Shown here: positions 45,954 through 53,655 of the stretch, piece by piece | Layout of the letters: each line of letters starts with the position of its first letter | Numbering within the stretch: position 1 is the stretch's first letter | Source of the DNA: Chlamydiales bacterium | GTDB taxonomy: Bacteria > Chlamydiota > Chlamydiia > Chlamydiales > JAAKFR01 | Direction: 5' to 3' | NCBI GenBank assembly: GCA_020831465.1 | Contig: JAFIGI010000015.1 | Location: 1,681-65,680 of the forward strand | DNA length: 64,000 nucleotides | Made by a program: the position numbers and the translations under genes | Notes under the pieces: model-generated | The model's input: the letters and a program-made list of their open reading frames with translations, nothing else | Database searches by the model: none | Told to the model about the DNA's origin: nothing

Positions 45954-47360
45954 TCACGCCATGTGCGAGTTCTTATCTAAAAGATTCTGAAAGTAGCGGT
46001 CCATTTTGCAAAAAGTTTCCTGAGAAACCTTTTTTTCAAAAATTATATAAATAATATTCATGCTGCTGCCGGCAAGGGCAAGACCATACCCAATATGGGA
46101 GTATTGGGCGTACATCAAGAGGACGCCGGCAGTTAAGGTTATCGTCGCCACGAGAATAAAAAAGGCGTGGTAACAGAGCTGCCTATGAATTTCGCTGCGC
46201 ACGGTACCGATAATCTCCCCCCCTTCGCGCAAAATCTCTTCCTTCAAGTCTGCCAACTCATCGCGATTTCGCTTAATCTCCCCATACAGATCGTGCTCCA
46301 CATCGATTTGGTTGAGCAGACGTTCATAGAGTCCAAGGGTCTCATCGGCCAATTGAAACTCGCTGACAGTTGCGGTAACCAACTTCTTATTGAGAAATTT
46401 AATATCCGATAACAGCTCTAATGGAGCCACCAACTCCGGGACAGGTTCGATATCTTGCATCAGCTCCATTTCTTCTAAGAATGGATGGACCGCATTTTCT
46501 ACATCTTTCGAGACGATATGCTCCATGCTTGAGCGCACCTTATGTAAATCATGATGACCGAGCAAGGTTTGGATGCGCTTATGCACGGCCTCTTTACGAT
46601 ATGCATTGGTAAAATGGTTTTCGTTAAAGTGCTTTTCATCGAGAAGGCGTTCTTGCGGATCGGCACTTATCAGATGACCCCTTTGAATATATTCCAACGT
46701 CTCGGCTAGAGCCTTAAGAGAGCCATCCTCCTTTTCCACTTCACGATTGAAACGTCTTAACGCTTTTTGGGTGCGCACCATCGCCCACCCTTTCGTCAAG
46801 CCTCCGATCGCTCCAAAAACAATCAGGATAACAGGAATCACGAGACTGAAGCAAACACCTAAGGCAAAATGTTTTGATGTTAATCCTCCGAGTTCTAATC
46901 CGCCCGCAAAAGGTCTGGTGATTCCGCTAAGGGCTTCCCCGGTCGAATCGATCGCCTGCCCACACCAAAAGAGCACATCGGCGACCCGCGACGTTTTAGC
47001 CGCTGTCCACATTAATTGAAAACGCTCTTTAGAGTGTTTAAGTGCATGGTAAAGATAAAAAGGCGAGCTTGCGATGCTCAAATAAGGGATATATTTTCCA
47101 CCTACATTTCCCACAAACTCCAGGGATCGTGAGGCGATCCCGAAAAAATCGACAATCAAGGACATCCACTCCTCATCCTTGAAAAATTCAAGACATTGGC
47201 GCGGAATTTTTTTCAGACGCACCTTCAATGGAAGAGTTGCTTTTTCTACCTGGGGTACGCTGAGGAAGATCTCTTCCTCTTGAGCCGCCGGCTTTTCTTT
47301 TGGAGTTCTTAGAATGGGGACAACAGGATGGAATTCATCAATTTTTTCTGCTGAACTCAT
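45954..47360 (-). CDS. hypothetical membrane protein with a C-terminal bilobed hydrophobic region
   Basis: 468 aa with no recognisable family. Hydrophobic segments include FALGVCFSLVIPVILIVFGAIGGL and, near the C-terminus, YHAFFILVATITLTAGVLLMYAQYSHIGYGLALAGSSMNIIYIIF. Confidence 0.5.
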   Translation of the reverse strand: MSSAEKIDEFHPVVPILRTPKEKPAAQEEEIFLSVPQVEKATLPLKVRLKKIPRQCLEFFKDEEWMSLIVDFFGIASRSLEFVGNVGGKYIPYLSIASSPFYLYHALKHSKERFQLMWTAAKTSRVADVLFWCGQAIDSTGEALSGITRPFAGGLELGGLTSKHFALGVCFSLVIPVILIVFGAIGGLTKGWAMVRTQKALRRFNREVEKEDGSLKALAETLEYIQRGHLISADPQERLLDEKHFNENHFTNAYRKEAVHKRIQTLLGHHDLHKVRSSMEHIVSKDVENAVHPFLEEMELMQDIEPVPELVAPLELLSDIKFLNKKLVTATVSEFQLADETLGLYERLLNQIDVEHDLYGEIKRNRDELADLKEEILREGGEIIGTVRSEIHRQLCYHAFFILVATITLTAGVLLMYAQYSHIGYGLALAGSSMNIIYIIFEKKVSQETFCKMDRYFQNLLDKNSHMA

Positions 47361-47445
47361 ATTAATAACCGACTTTTTAAACGGAGATAATAATCTCCTT
47401 CGCCAATTACTATTATATCAAATAAATATTAATTTAATATTAAGA

Positions 47446-47454
47446 GACTATTAC
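47446..47454. repeat. left copy of the 9-bp target-site duplication GACTATTAC
   Basis: Identical 9-mer at 48546-48554, immediately outside the IS inverted repeats. Confidence 0.75.
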
Positions 47455-48459
47455 CTCTGTACTGAAAAAAAAATGATTTCATAGGACACAACCCCTGGCT
47501 GTAAGGTTATAAAACACGAAAGCAGCCGCCTGAATTCTCGCTGAGACCACCGTGAAAAAATTGCTCTACGGATCAGATTGAGCCCCTCTCTGAATAAACT
47601 CCTTGCTCGCCTTCCATGAGCTTTTATCTCTATCGGCTTTGTTTTATCCTGTACATCCCCAATGCGATATGCCCAGCAGAGGGCGATTGCTAGCACAAAC
47701 AAGACCTTCTCAATCTTATCAGGATCCGTTATGTGAGTATCTTCGAGGCGAAATCCACGCGTCTTTAGGCAGCCAAACATTGTCTCTATTTCCCAGCGCC
47801 GTCTGTACATCCCAAATGGATCTGACAACTGCATATTAGAAACCACAATCATTTGCTCTTTTGCTCCCTTCCTCCTCTTTATGGAAGCATAGAGGTCGAA
47901 CCCCCACAACTGAATGGGATAGTTATAGACCTTCTTCTGACACAGCATTTTTCTCAGACATCCCAATCGAATCCTGGTGCCTCCTTCAGTCTCAACCACA
48001 CAATTCTGTTTGGCCCTGATAGCAAAGGGGATCTTTTGTTCAGTCAGAAAACTAAACCATTCATTTCCAAAAAATTCACGGTCTGCAAGCAACACATCGA
48101 TTTTTTCCAGACCAAAGCGCTCAACCAATCGCCGCAAAAGGTTTATCCTATCTGCGTTGCACGAGTTGCCCTCCAAGTCTAAAACAGCCCAAAAGAGTGG
48201 GAAACTGATGCCCCGATAAGCAATCGAAAGCATTAAAATGTTGATCGGTGTTTTTCCCCATTTCCAATTCGTGCGATCGAGTTCTGCGGTAAGACGACTC
48301 ATCTTTGACTTCGGTTTCGAAAGCTGAGGCGATCTGGGTCAGCTTGATAGTCCTGACTACGAAGAGCGCTTGAATCATTTGTCCCCGGCAATCAAGTCGA
48401 CTCTTGTGCCAATTGAAAAAAAGAGATAAAGTAGTTGGCAGCTCGCTGATGTGCTTCAT
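47451..48459 (-). pseudogene. IS4-family DDE transposase, split across two frames
   Basis: The N-terminal frame (48459 downward) ends at ...LTQIASAFETEVKDESSYRR. The second frame continues at the same position with ELDRTNWKWGKTPINILML...DREF...YRRRWEIETMFGCLK. The stop codon lies in the flanking duplication. Confidence 0.75.
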
Positions 48460-48545
48460 GTATACCTCGTAGTTTGCAATTCAACGAGATATATTCGCAT
48501 CTCAGCGAGATTTTTTCATCAAATCATTTTTTGTCCAGTGCAGAG
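47455..48545 (-). mobile_element. IS4-family insertion sequence (1091 bp), probably internally deleted and non-autonomous
   Basis: Terminal inverted repeats CTCTGTACTGAAAAAAAAATGATTT (47455-47479) and the reverse complement of 48521-48545, CTCTGCACTGGACAAAAAATGATTT (22 of 25 identical). Flanked by the 9-bp direct repeat. Contains a DDE transposase in two frames. Confidence 0.8.
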
Positions 48546-48554
48546 GACTATTAC
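48546..48554. repeat. right copy of the 9-bp target-site duplication GACTATTAC
   Basis: See 47446-47454. Confidence 0.75.
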
Positions 48555-48784
48555 TATTTTTTTGAGCCGCATCTTGTATCGGTTCACTTATGATCGGATC
48601 AATCACGGGGCTTTCACGCAGGTCAAAATGTAAATTTTTCAACTGATTCTGCCATATCTTGTACTGTGAGAAATGTCGTAAGGGGCGAGTTATTAATTTA
48701 TTCTTAATATTTGTCCAGGACTTGTTTTTCAGGAGGTATTGTTGTTGCCTTCCAATGGTTTTTTGTAGAAAATAGCTCCCAGGC

Positions 48785-49519
48785 ATGCTTGAAATCGACT
48801 CGCTATACTTTGCATATGGGCAAAAGCCCATTTTAAACGGGATCTCATTTTCAGTTATCGAGGGAGAAATCGTCGCGCTTATTGGAATTTCGGGCTCGGG
48901 CAAGACCACTTTATTTCGTCTAATCACGGGACTGGTGGAACCCTCAATGGGACAAATCACAATCGCAGGCAAGCCTGCCCTGAAAGAAGGAGCGCCTCTC
49001 ACGACTTATATGCGGCAAGAGGATTTACTCCTCCCTTGGCGTACGGTTCTTGAAAACCTCCTCTTATTTACCGAACTAGGGAAGACCAACAAGGCGCGTT
49101 CGAAAGAAAAGGTTATAGAAGAGGCTCATACACTTCTAAAGCAAGTAGGGCTTGATGGGTGTGCCCAGAGTTATCCCGATGCGCTATCGGGGGGAATGCG
49201 CCAGAGAGTCGCCTTGGCAAGGGCGCTCTTGCAAAACCGTCCACTAATGCTTCTCGACGAACCCTTTGCCTCTTTAGATGTAATTATTCGCGAACAGTTA
49301 TATCTCCTGATGCGCGATATCCGCGACCAATACCGGAAAACGATTATTATGGTGACTCATGATTTTCGAGACGCAATTGCTCTTGCCGACAGGATTCTCA
49401 TCCTCTCCCAAGGGGTTGTCATGGCGAGTTATGAGATTACATCAGAATTAAAAAGCGATCCTCATGCAGCTAATCAGCTCATTGAACAGATTCGAGAGAT
49501 TCTTTCAGCTGCTTTGTAA
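48785..49519 (+). CDS. orphan ABC transporter ATP-binding protein (NitT/TauT, SsuB/TauB-like)
   Basis: GISGSGKTTLFRLITGL, MRQEDLLLPWRTVLENL, LSGGMRQRVALARAL, MLLDEPFASLD, and VTHDFRDA. No permease or binding-protein gene is adjacent. Confidence 0.8.
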   Translation: MLEIDSLYFAYGQKPILNGISFSVIEGEIVALIGISGSGKTTLFRLITGLVEPSMGQITIAGKPALKEGAPLTTYMRQEDLLLPWRTVLENLLLFTELGKTNKARSKEKVIEEAHTLLKQVGLDGCAQSYPDALSGGMRQRVALARALLQNRPLMLLDEPFASLDVIIREQLYLLMRDIRDQYRKTIIMVTHDFRDAIALADRILILSQGVVMASYEITSELKSDPHAANQLIEQIREILSAAL

Positions 49520-50612
49520 AAGCGGGGTGGACATAGACCTGAATCGGCTTCACTCCAAGTGGAATTTCATGCAGGAAAGGAGAGACCTCTTGAGACGAGA
49601 CAATTCGCCCCTCTTCCTTCAAGACTGGAAATTCCCGCCGCCCCTTTCGCATCGGTGCTGCGTCGATAATCATTTTTTCTCCAAATAGGGCGGGGTCGGG
49701 AGGCTTTTGACAAGGGATTGCTTCGTAGGCAGGTTCCATTTTTAAAAGGACCCGCGCGTCGTAATCCCCCCTCTTAGCCCACTCTTGGAGACGGGTTAAA
49801 ACAATAAAATCGGTCTGCTCAAGATAGGGCGTGCTTGCGTCATAGTGGCGCTGCATAAATCGAATCATATGGCTCGTATAGGCTCGAGACTTCGGGTGCT
49901 GATAGACTCTCGAATACATCATGTATCGCGCTATCCAAAGCGATTCAACCGATTGGATGCCTCCTTCCGTTACGCCTAATGTGAGTCTCTCTCCGACAGG
50001 CAAGATCCGAAGCGTGTCAATTAGCTGACGCGAATCAAACCCGTAGCCAACTCCCGTATAATAGGCGTCTCGAATCAGATAATCGATTCTGTCGGCGCCG
50101 AAATTATCCTCTGTAATAATCTGAGACAAAAGCTTTTCGATCTTAGAGAGCTCTAATCCTGCATCGCTGACAGCTAATTTAATGATATCCTGTTCTGCTT
50201 CCTCTCCGATCTCCTGCCAAATCGCACGCAGCTCGCCGCTTCGGATCATCTCGAGCGTCATCCGTTCGTGACCCCCATTAGGAAGAAGCACTTTTTCAGC
50301 TGTGTGAGAAAAGGGAAGGTGCCCCATATCATGGCAGAGAGCCGCTAAACGCAAAATTTGCCGCCAGTAATCTACCTTTTCCTGAGGAAGGTCTTCGGAA
50401 ATCGTATTGTAGATCCGGCCCGCCAGCTCCATTACACCGAGCGAATGTTCAAAACGTGTGTGATTCGCTCCGGGATAGACCAGGTAAGCTACCCCCATTT
50501 GCCGGATATAGCGCAGCCGTTGGAAGGGCCTGGAGTCGATCACCCGCTGCTCAAGCGCGTTGAACCGGATAAATCCGTGGACAGGGTCGGAAATCTTGAA
50601 TGGGTAGCTCAT
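49479..50612 (-). CDS. HD-domain phosphohydrolase (dNTP triphosphohydrolase/SAMHD1-like family)
   Basis: ISDPVHGFIRF...VIDSRPFQRLRYIRQMG...HTRFEHSLGV...CHDMGHLPFSH...DRIDYLIRDAYYTG. ATG 50612 is preferred over TTG 50660. Confidence 0.75.
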   Translation of the reverse strand: MSYPFKISDPVHGFIRFNALEQRVIDSRPFQRLRYIRQMGVAYLVYPGANHTRFEHSLGVMELAGRIYNTISEDLPQEKVDYWRQILRLAALCHDMGHLPFSHTAEKVLLPNGGHERMTLEMIRSGELRAIWQEIGEEAEQDIIKLAVSDAGLELSKIEKLLSQIITEDNFGADRIDYLIRDAYYTGVGYGFDSRQLIDTLRILPVGERLTLGVTEGGIQSVESLWIARYMMYSRVYQHPKSRAYTSHMIRFMQRHYDASTPYLEQTDFIVLTRLQEWAKRGDYDARVLLKMEPAYEAIPCQKPPDPALFGEKMIIDAAPMRKGRREFPVLKEEGRIVSSQEVSPFLHEIPLGVKPIQVYVHPAFTKQLKESLESVQ

Positions 50613-50647
50613 AGGTGCTATATTACTTCCTAATCTAATAGGACGCA

Positions 50648-51208
50648 ATGAGTCACGCAACCAAACTTAATCCGGCGGATGAAAATCATCTCTTTCAGCT
50701 CCACGAGACCTTTAAAAAAACGGCCTGCCGGACCGGATGTTCGACGGCGGCAGCCTCCTTTCTCATTATTGGGGCTCTGATTGTAATTGGAAGCGCCTGC
50801 CTTTGTCTGACCCTTCCCGGGGTCAATGTCGTCAGTAACGTGATCGCGCCCGGCGTCCTTCCGGGATCGGGAGCCCTCCTTCTCAGCACCAAATTTATTG
50901 TCTATTCGGTCCGCAAATCTAGAAAAAAAAATGCTCAGAGGCATGCGATCATTGACTGGAACTGTATGCTCCTCAAATTTTATCAAGTCGATCAAATGGA
51001 AGAGAAAGCAGCCGTATCATTCATCAAAGAGAACCTTTTCAAGCCCAAATGGAGCAAAGAATATTCTTCGAAGGTCATAGGCGATATCAAAGAACGCTAT
51101 CCAAAGAATAAAGATAAACAAACCGAAGAAGAGCAAGCGTTGCTCAAAGCCCTGGACGAAGCGAGAAACAAAATTCTAAAGCCTCGCGACGAAGAGAGAA
51201 AAAAATAA
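50648..51208 (+). CDS. small Inc-like membrane protein
   Basis: aa 33-86 read TAAASFLIIGALIVIGSACLCLTL-PGVN-VVSNVIAPGVLPGSGALLLSTKFIVY, followed by a charged K/E-rich tail. Confidence 0.45.
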   Translation: MSHATKLNPADENHLFQLHETFKKTACRTGCSTAAASFLIIGALIVIGSACLCLTLPGVNVVSNVIAPGVLPGSGALLLSTKFIVYSVRKSRKKNAQRHAIIDWNCMLLKFYQVDQMEEKAAVSFIKENLFKPKWSKEYSSKVIGDIKERYPKNKDKQTEEEQALLKALDEARNKILKPRDEERKK

Positions 51209-51241
51209 ATATTTATAGAAGAATCTAAAACGATGCACTAA

Positions 51242-51916
51242 TTAACTTTTTCGGATTTTAACTTTAATCCGCTCGCGCTTCTGTTCCGCGGCATGATCGT
51301 AATCCGCATAGGCCCACTCCCAACAATCCTCCCCATATCTCCGCTCAAGGTACTCCCCGGCTCTAGTTGGGACAGGGACAGTCAAAGGGCCGAAAGGCTT
51401 TCGTACAAAAGTTGTCTCACTTTCGAGCCAGTCATTCTTAAATCCCTCGCGAAGACGCATGCTCGCAGGGAGAATTTTCCCTGCTTCCCGCGTCATAAAG
51501 AAAAGGTCGATAAAGGGATAGCGGTGGGGATAAAAATCCCCATCAGGGTGTGCGATTTGCTTCCCCTCTTTGGGAAAAATTTTCGCATAATCCCTTTTCA
51601 CAAGCAGACAAAGCCCCCTCTTTTCCAATTCGGGGCGAAGTGAAACGACTTTACCTAGATCGTCGATAAAAAGGGCGAGATCGATATCGTCATCCCAAGG
51701 AATCATTTCGCCATGGCGGATCGCGCCAAGAAGGGTGCCGGCCGTAACCCAATACTCAATGCCCGCCTCATCAAAAAGAGAATCGAGGGCTTTCAACGTC
51801 TGATAAAACTCATTTTGAACGGTTCGGTCGAGACGGGGTAGAACTGCATCTGTCAATTCTTCATTTGCGCCAATCTGCAGGGTGAAAAAAACGGCTATAA
51901 GAATAAGTCGAACCAT
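51242..51916 (-). CDS. LicD-family phosphotransferase (phosphocholine/phospho-alditol transferase family)
   Basis: AGIEYWVTAGTLLGAIRHGEMIPWDDDIDLALF is the LicD core. The N-terminus MVRLILIAVFFTLQIG looks like a signal anchor. ATG 51916 directly abuts the tRNA-Ile 3' end. Confidence 0.75.
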   Translation of the reverse strand: MVRLILIAVFFTLQIGANEELTDAVLPRLDRTVQNEFYQTLKALDSLFDEAGIEYWVTAGTLLGAIRHGEMIPWDDDIDLALFIDDLGKVVSLRPELEKRGLCLLVKRDYAKIFPKEGKQIAHPDGDFYPHRYPFIDLFFMTREAGKILPASMRLREGFKNDWLESETTFVRKPFGPLTVPVPTRAGEYLERRYGEDCWEWAYADYDHAAEQKRERIKVKIRKS

Positions 51917-51990
51917 TGCGGTTACCAAGACTTGAACTTGGGACCTCGACATTATCAGTGTCGCGCTCTAACCAACTGAGCTATAACCGC
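51917..51990 (-). tRNA. tRNA-Ile (anticodon GAT)
   Basis: A 74-nt perfect cloverleaf: acceptor GCGGTTA/TAACCGC, anticodon arm CGACA-CTGATAA-TGTCG, T arm CCAAG-TTCAAGT-CTTGG, discriminator A. No encoded CCA. Confidence 0.95.
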
Positions 51991-52000
51991 AGATTAAAAA

Positions 52001-52073
52001 TGGAGGCTAGGAGAGTCGAACTCCTGACCTTCTGAATGCAAATCAGATGCTCTACCAATTGAGCTAAGCCCCC
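52001..52073 (-). tRNA. tRNA-Ala (anticodon TGC)
   Basis: A 73-nt cloverleaf: acceptor GGGGGCT/AGCCTCC with the G3:U70 Ala identity pair, anticodon arm TCTGA-TTTGCAT-TCAGA, T arm AGGAG-TTCGACT-CTCCT. Confidence 0.95.
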
Positions 52074-52162
52074 GTTAGCGCAAGAATGTGCTTGCCTAAT
52101 CCAATCCTTCCATTTAACTTGGAAGGAAGTAGACAATAGCGAAACAACAATTTTTTACGCAA

Positions 52163-52627
52163 ATGAAAACGGCATATATTCTCCTCGTTTTGCTTGCCTC
52201 CCCTCTTTTGGGCGACACAAGTGCAGCCTTTCCTCCCAATCCCTACGAGACGGAAGGAGGAAGGAGAGCGCCGACTTTTTCTGCTGCAAATGCGCAAGCG
52301 ATCTACTGGATCACTCTTATCGACCAACATCAATATGCTGCCTCTTGGCTAGAAGCGGCGGGAATCGTTCAGGATATTATCACTCAGGATCAGTGGGCTG
52401 CGGGGATGAGGGCCTCTCGTGAGGGATTTGGCGGAGTGCGCTCGCGCAAAGTGACGTCGCATCAGACTGCGACAAACCTGCCCGGCGGGTTGCGGGGAAA
52501 CTTTATGATCATCAAATATCAGACGAATTTTTCTAGAAAGCCTTTTCAAGTCGAAACGATAACTCTGATGACAGAAGGGCGCCTTGGGCTGTGGAAAGTT
52601 ATCTCTTATCGAGTTGGAAGCAGATGA
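52163..52627 (+). CDS. secreted DUF4019-family protein
   Basis: Signal peptide MKTAYILLVLLASPLLG. WITLIDQHQYAASWLEAAG...DQWAAGMRASREGFGGVRSRK...VETITLMTEGRLGLWKVISYRV fits the DUF4019 pattern as I recall it. Confidence 0.6.
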   Translation: MKTAYILLVLLASPLLGDTSAAFPPNPYETEGGRRAPTFSAANAQAIYWITLIDQHQYAASWLEAAGIVQDIITQDQWAAGMRASREGFGGVRSRKVTSHQTATNLPGGLRGNFMIIKYQTNFSRKPFQVETITLMTEGRLGLWKVISYRVGSR

Positions 52628-53487
52628 TCTTCCGCCGTTTTCTTCTTCTGTCGATTCTTGGCTCAACCCTGTTTGGGGTCGGCTTCTGGCACCTCTCCGA
52701 CGGTTTTTCCCTTTCCAAGATAAACGCTCCTCTCCCCTTTGATTCGAGGTGGGAGGTTGAATCACCCTCCAGTTTTCAAATCCGCCTGCTTCTCTCGCAA
52801 CCCTACACCTACATCGGCAAGGGGTCGCATTACTATCTCTTCGAGAGCATAGACAAGCAGTACATTCTCAAATTATTCCGCTTTTCCCGCTTCCATCTTC
52901 CCTCCTTTCAAGAGGCTCTTCCCCTTCCCCCGTTTTTGGCAGAGATCCAAAATAGACGGATCGAAGAAAAACGGATCGAGCAGGAAAGACTTTTTTCTAG
53001 CTGTGCGCTAGCCTATCGGCAGCTTAAGGAGGAGTGCGAGCTTGTCTACCTCCATCTGAACAAAACGAGCTGTCTCACTCAAAACGTCACCCTATACGAT
53101 AGGCTAAAACGTCCGATTGTCATTCCGATCGATCATTACGCTTTCCTGATCCAGAGACGTGGCGAGCAGATTTATCCCTATTTCGGCCGCCTTCTAAAAG
53201 AGGGAAAAGTCGAAGAGATAAAAAAAGCTTTACTGAGCCTGGCCGTGTTAATGGACAAACGAAAAGAGAAAGGAATCGCTGACAACAACCCCGAGATCCA
53301 AAAGAACACAGGTTTTATTCATGGAAAAGCGTTTTTTTTAGATGTAGCCCAATTCAGCGAAAAAATCGAGACGTACGAGACGTACGAAGAGGATAAGACA
53401 ATGCATGCACTGCTTACTTGGCTCGATTCTAAAGATCCCAAGCTGGCTTCTGATGCACGAATTATTTTATCATACTACCAACCTTAA
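52624..53487 (+). CDS. membrane-anchored hypothetical protein with protein-kinase-like (RIO/Kdo-kinase-like) motifs
   Basis: ATGA overlap with the upstream gene and an N-terminal anchor FLLLSILGSTLFGVGFW. YIGKGSHYYLFESIDKQYILKLF resembles a Gly-loop plus the beta3 Lys. IADNNPEIQKN...AFFLDVAQF resembles the catalytic and metal-binding loops. Confidence 0.35.
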   Translation: MIFRRFLLLSILGSTLFGVGFWHLSDGFSLSKINAPLPFDSRWEVESPSSFQIRLLLSQPYTYIGKGSHYYLFESIDKQYILKLFRFSRFHLPSFQEALPLPPFLAEIQNRRIEEKRIEQERLFSSCALAYRQLKEECELVYLHLNKTSCLTQNVTLYDRLKRPIVIPIDHYAFLIQRRGEQIYPYFGRLLKEGKVEEIKKALLSLAVLMDKRKEKGIADNNPEIQKNTGFIHGKAFFLDVAQFSEKIETYETYEEDKTMHALLTWLDSKDPKLASDARIILSYYQP

Positions 53488-53655
53488 TTAAAATTTAGTT
53501 TATATCTATCCAGTTTAATTAACATAATTTATAATTACTCAAATCAAGCAATCCGTTTAAGGTCGTTACAGAGAGAAAAATGGCTGCTTGCCTTTTTTTA
53601 TGAACACCTTTACACTCATGCCCTTTACATATTTGGATTTTGGAGAAAACTTTAA

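Noticed and set aside
48502-49002. 166-aa minus-strand ORF spanning the IS right end and the ABC ATPase start
   Set aside because: Its upstream half is antisense to the conserved Walker A region of the ATPase gene. Its downstream end runs into the IS inverted repeat. After mentally excising the IS only a short basic ORF with no recognisable features remains.
50630-50995. 121-aa minus-strand ORF overlapping the Inc-like gene
   Set aside because: The composition is G/R/D-rich and non-protein-like. The + strand ORF has a coherent TM-plus-charged-tail architecture and an AGGA SD.
51917-52073. tRNA-Ile/tRNA-Ala pair as evidence of an rRNA operon spacer
   Set aside because: No 16S or 23S sequence flanks the pair. 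The order (Ala then Ile in the direction of transcription) is the reverse of spacer organisation. The flanks are protein-coding.
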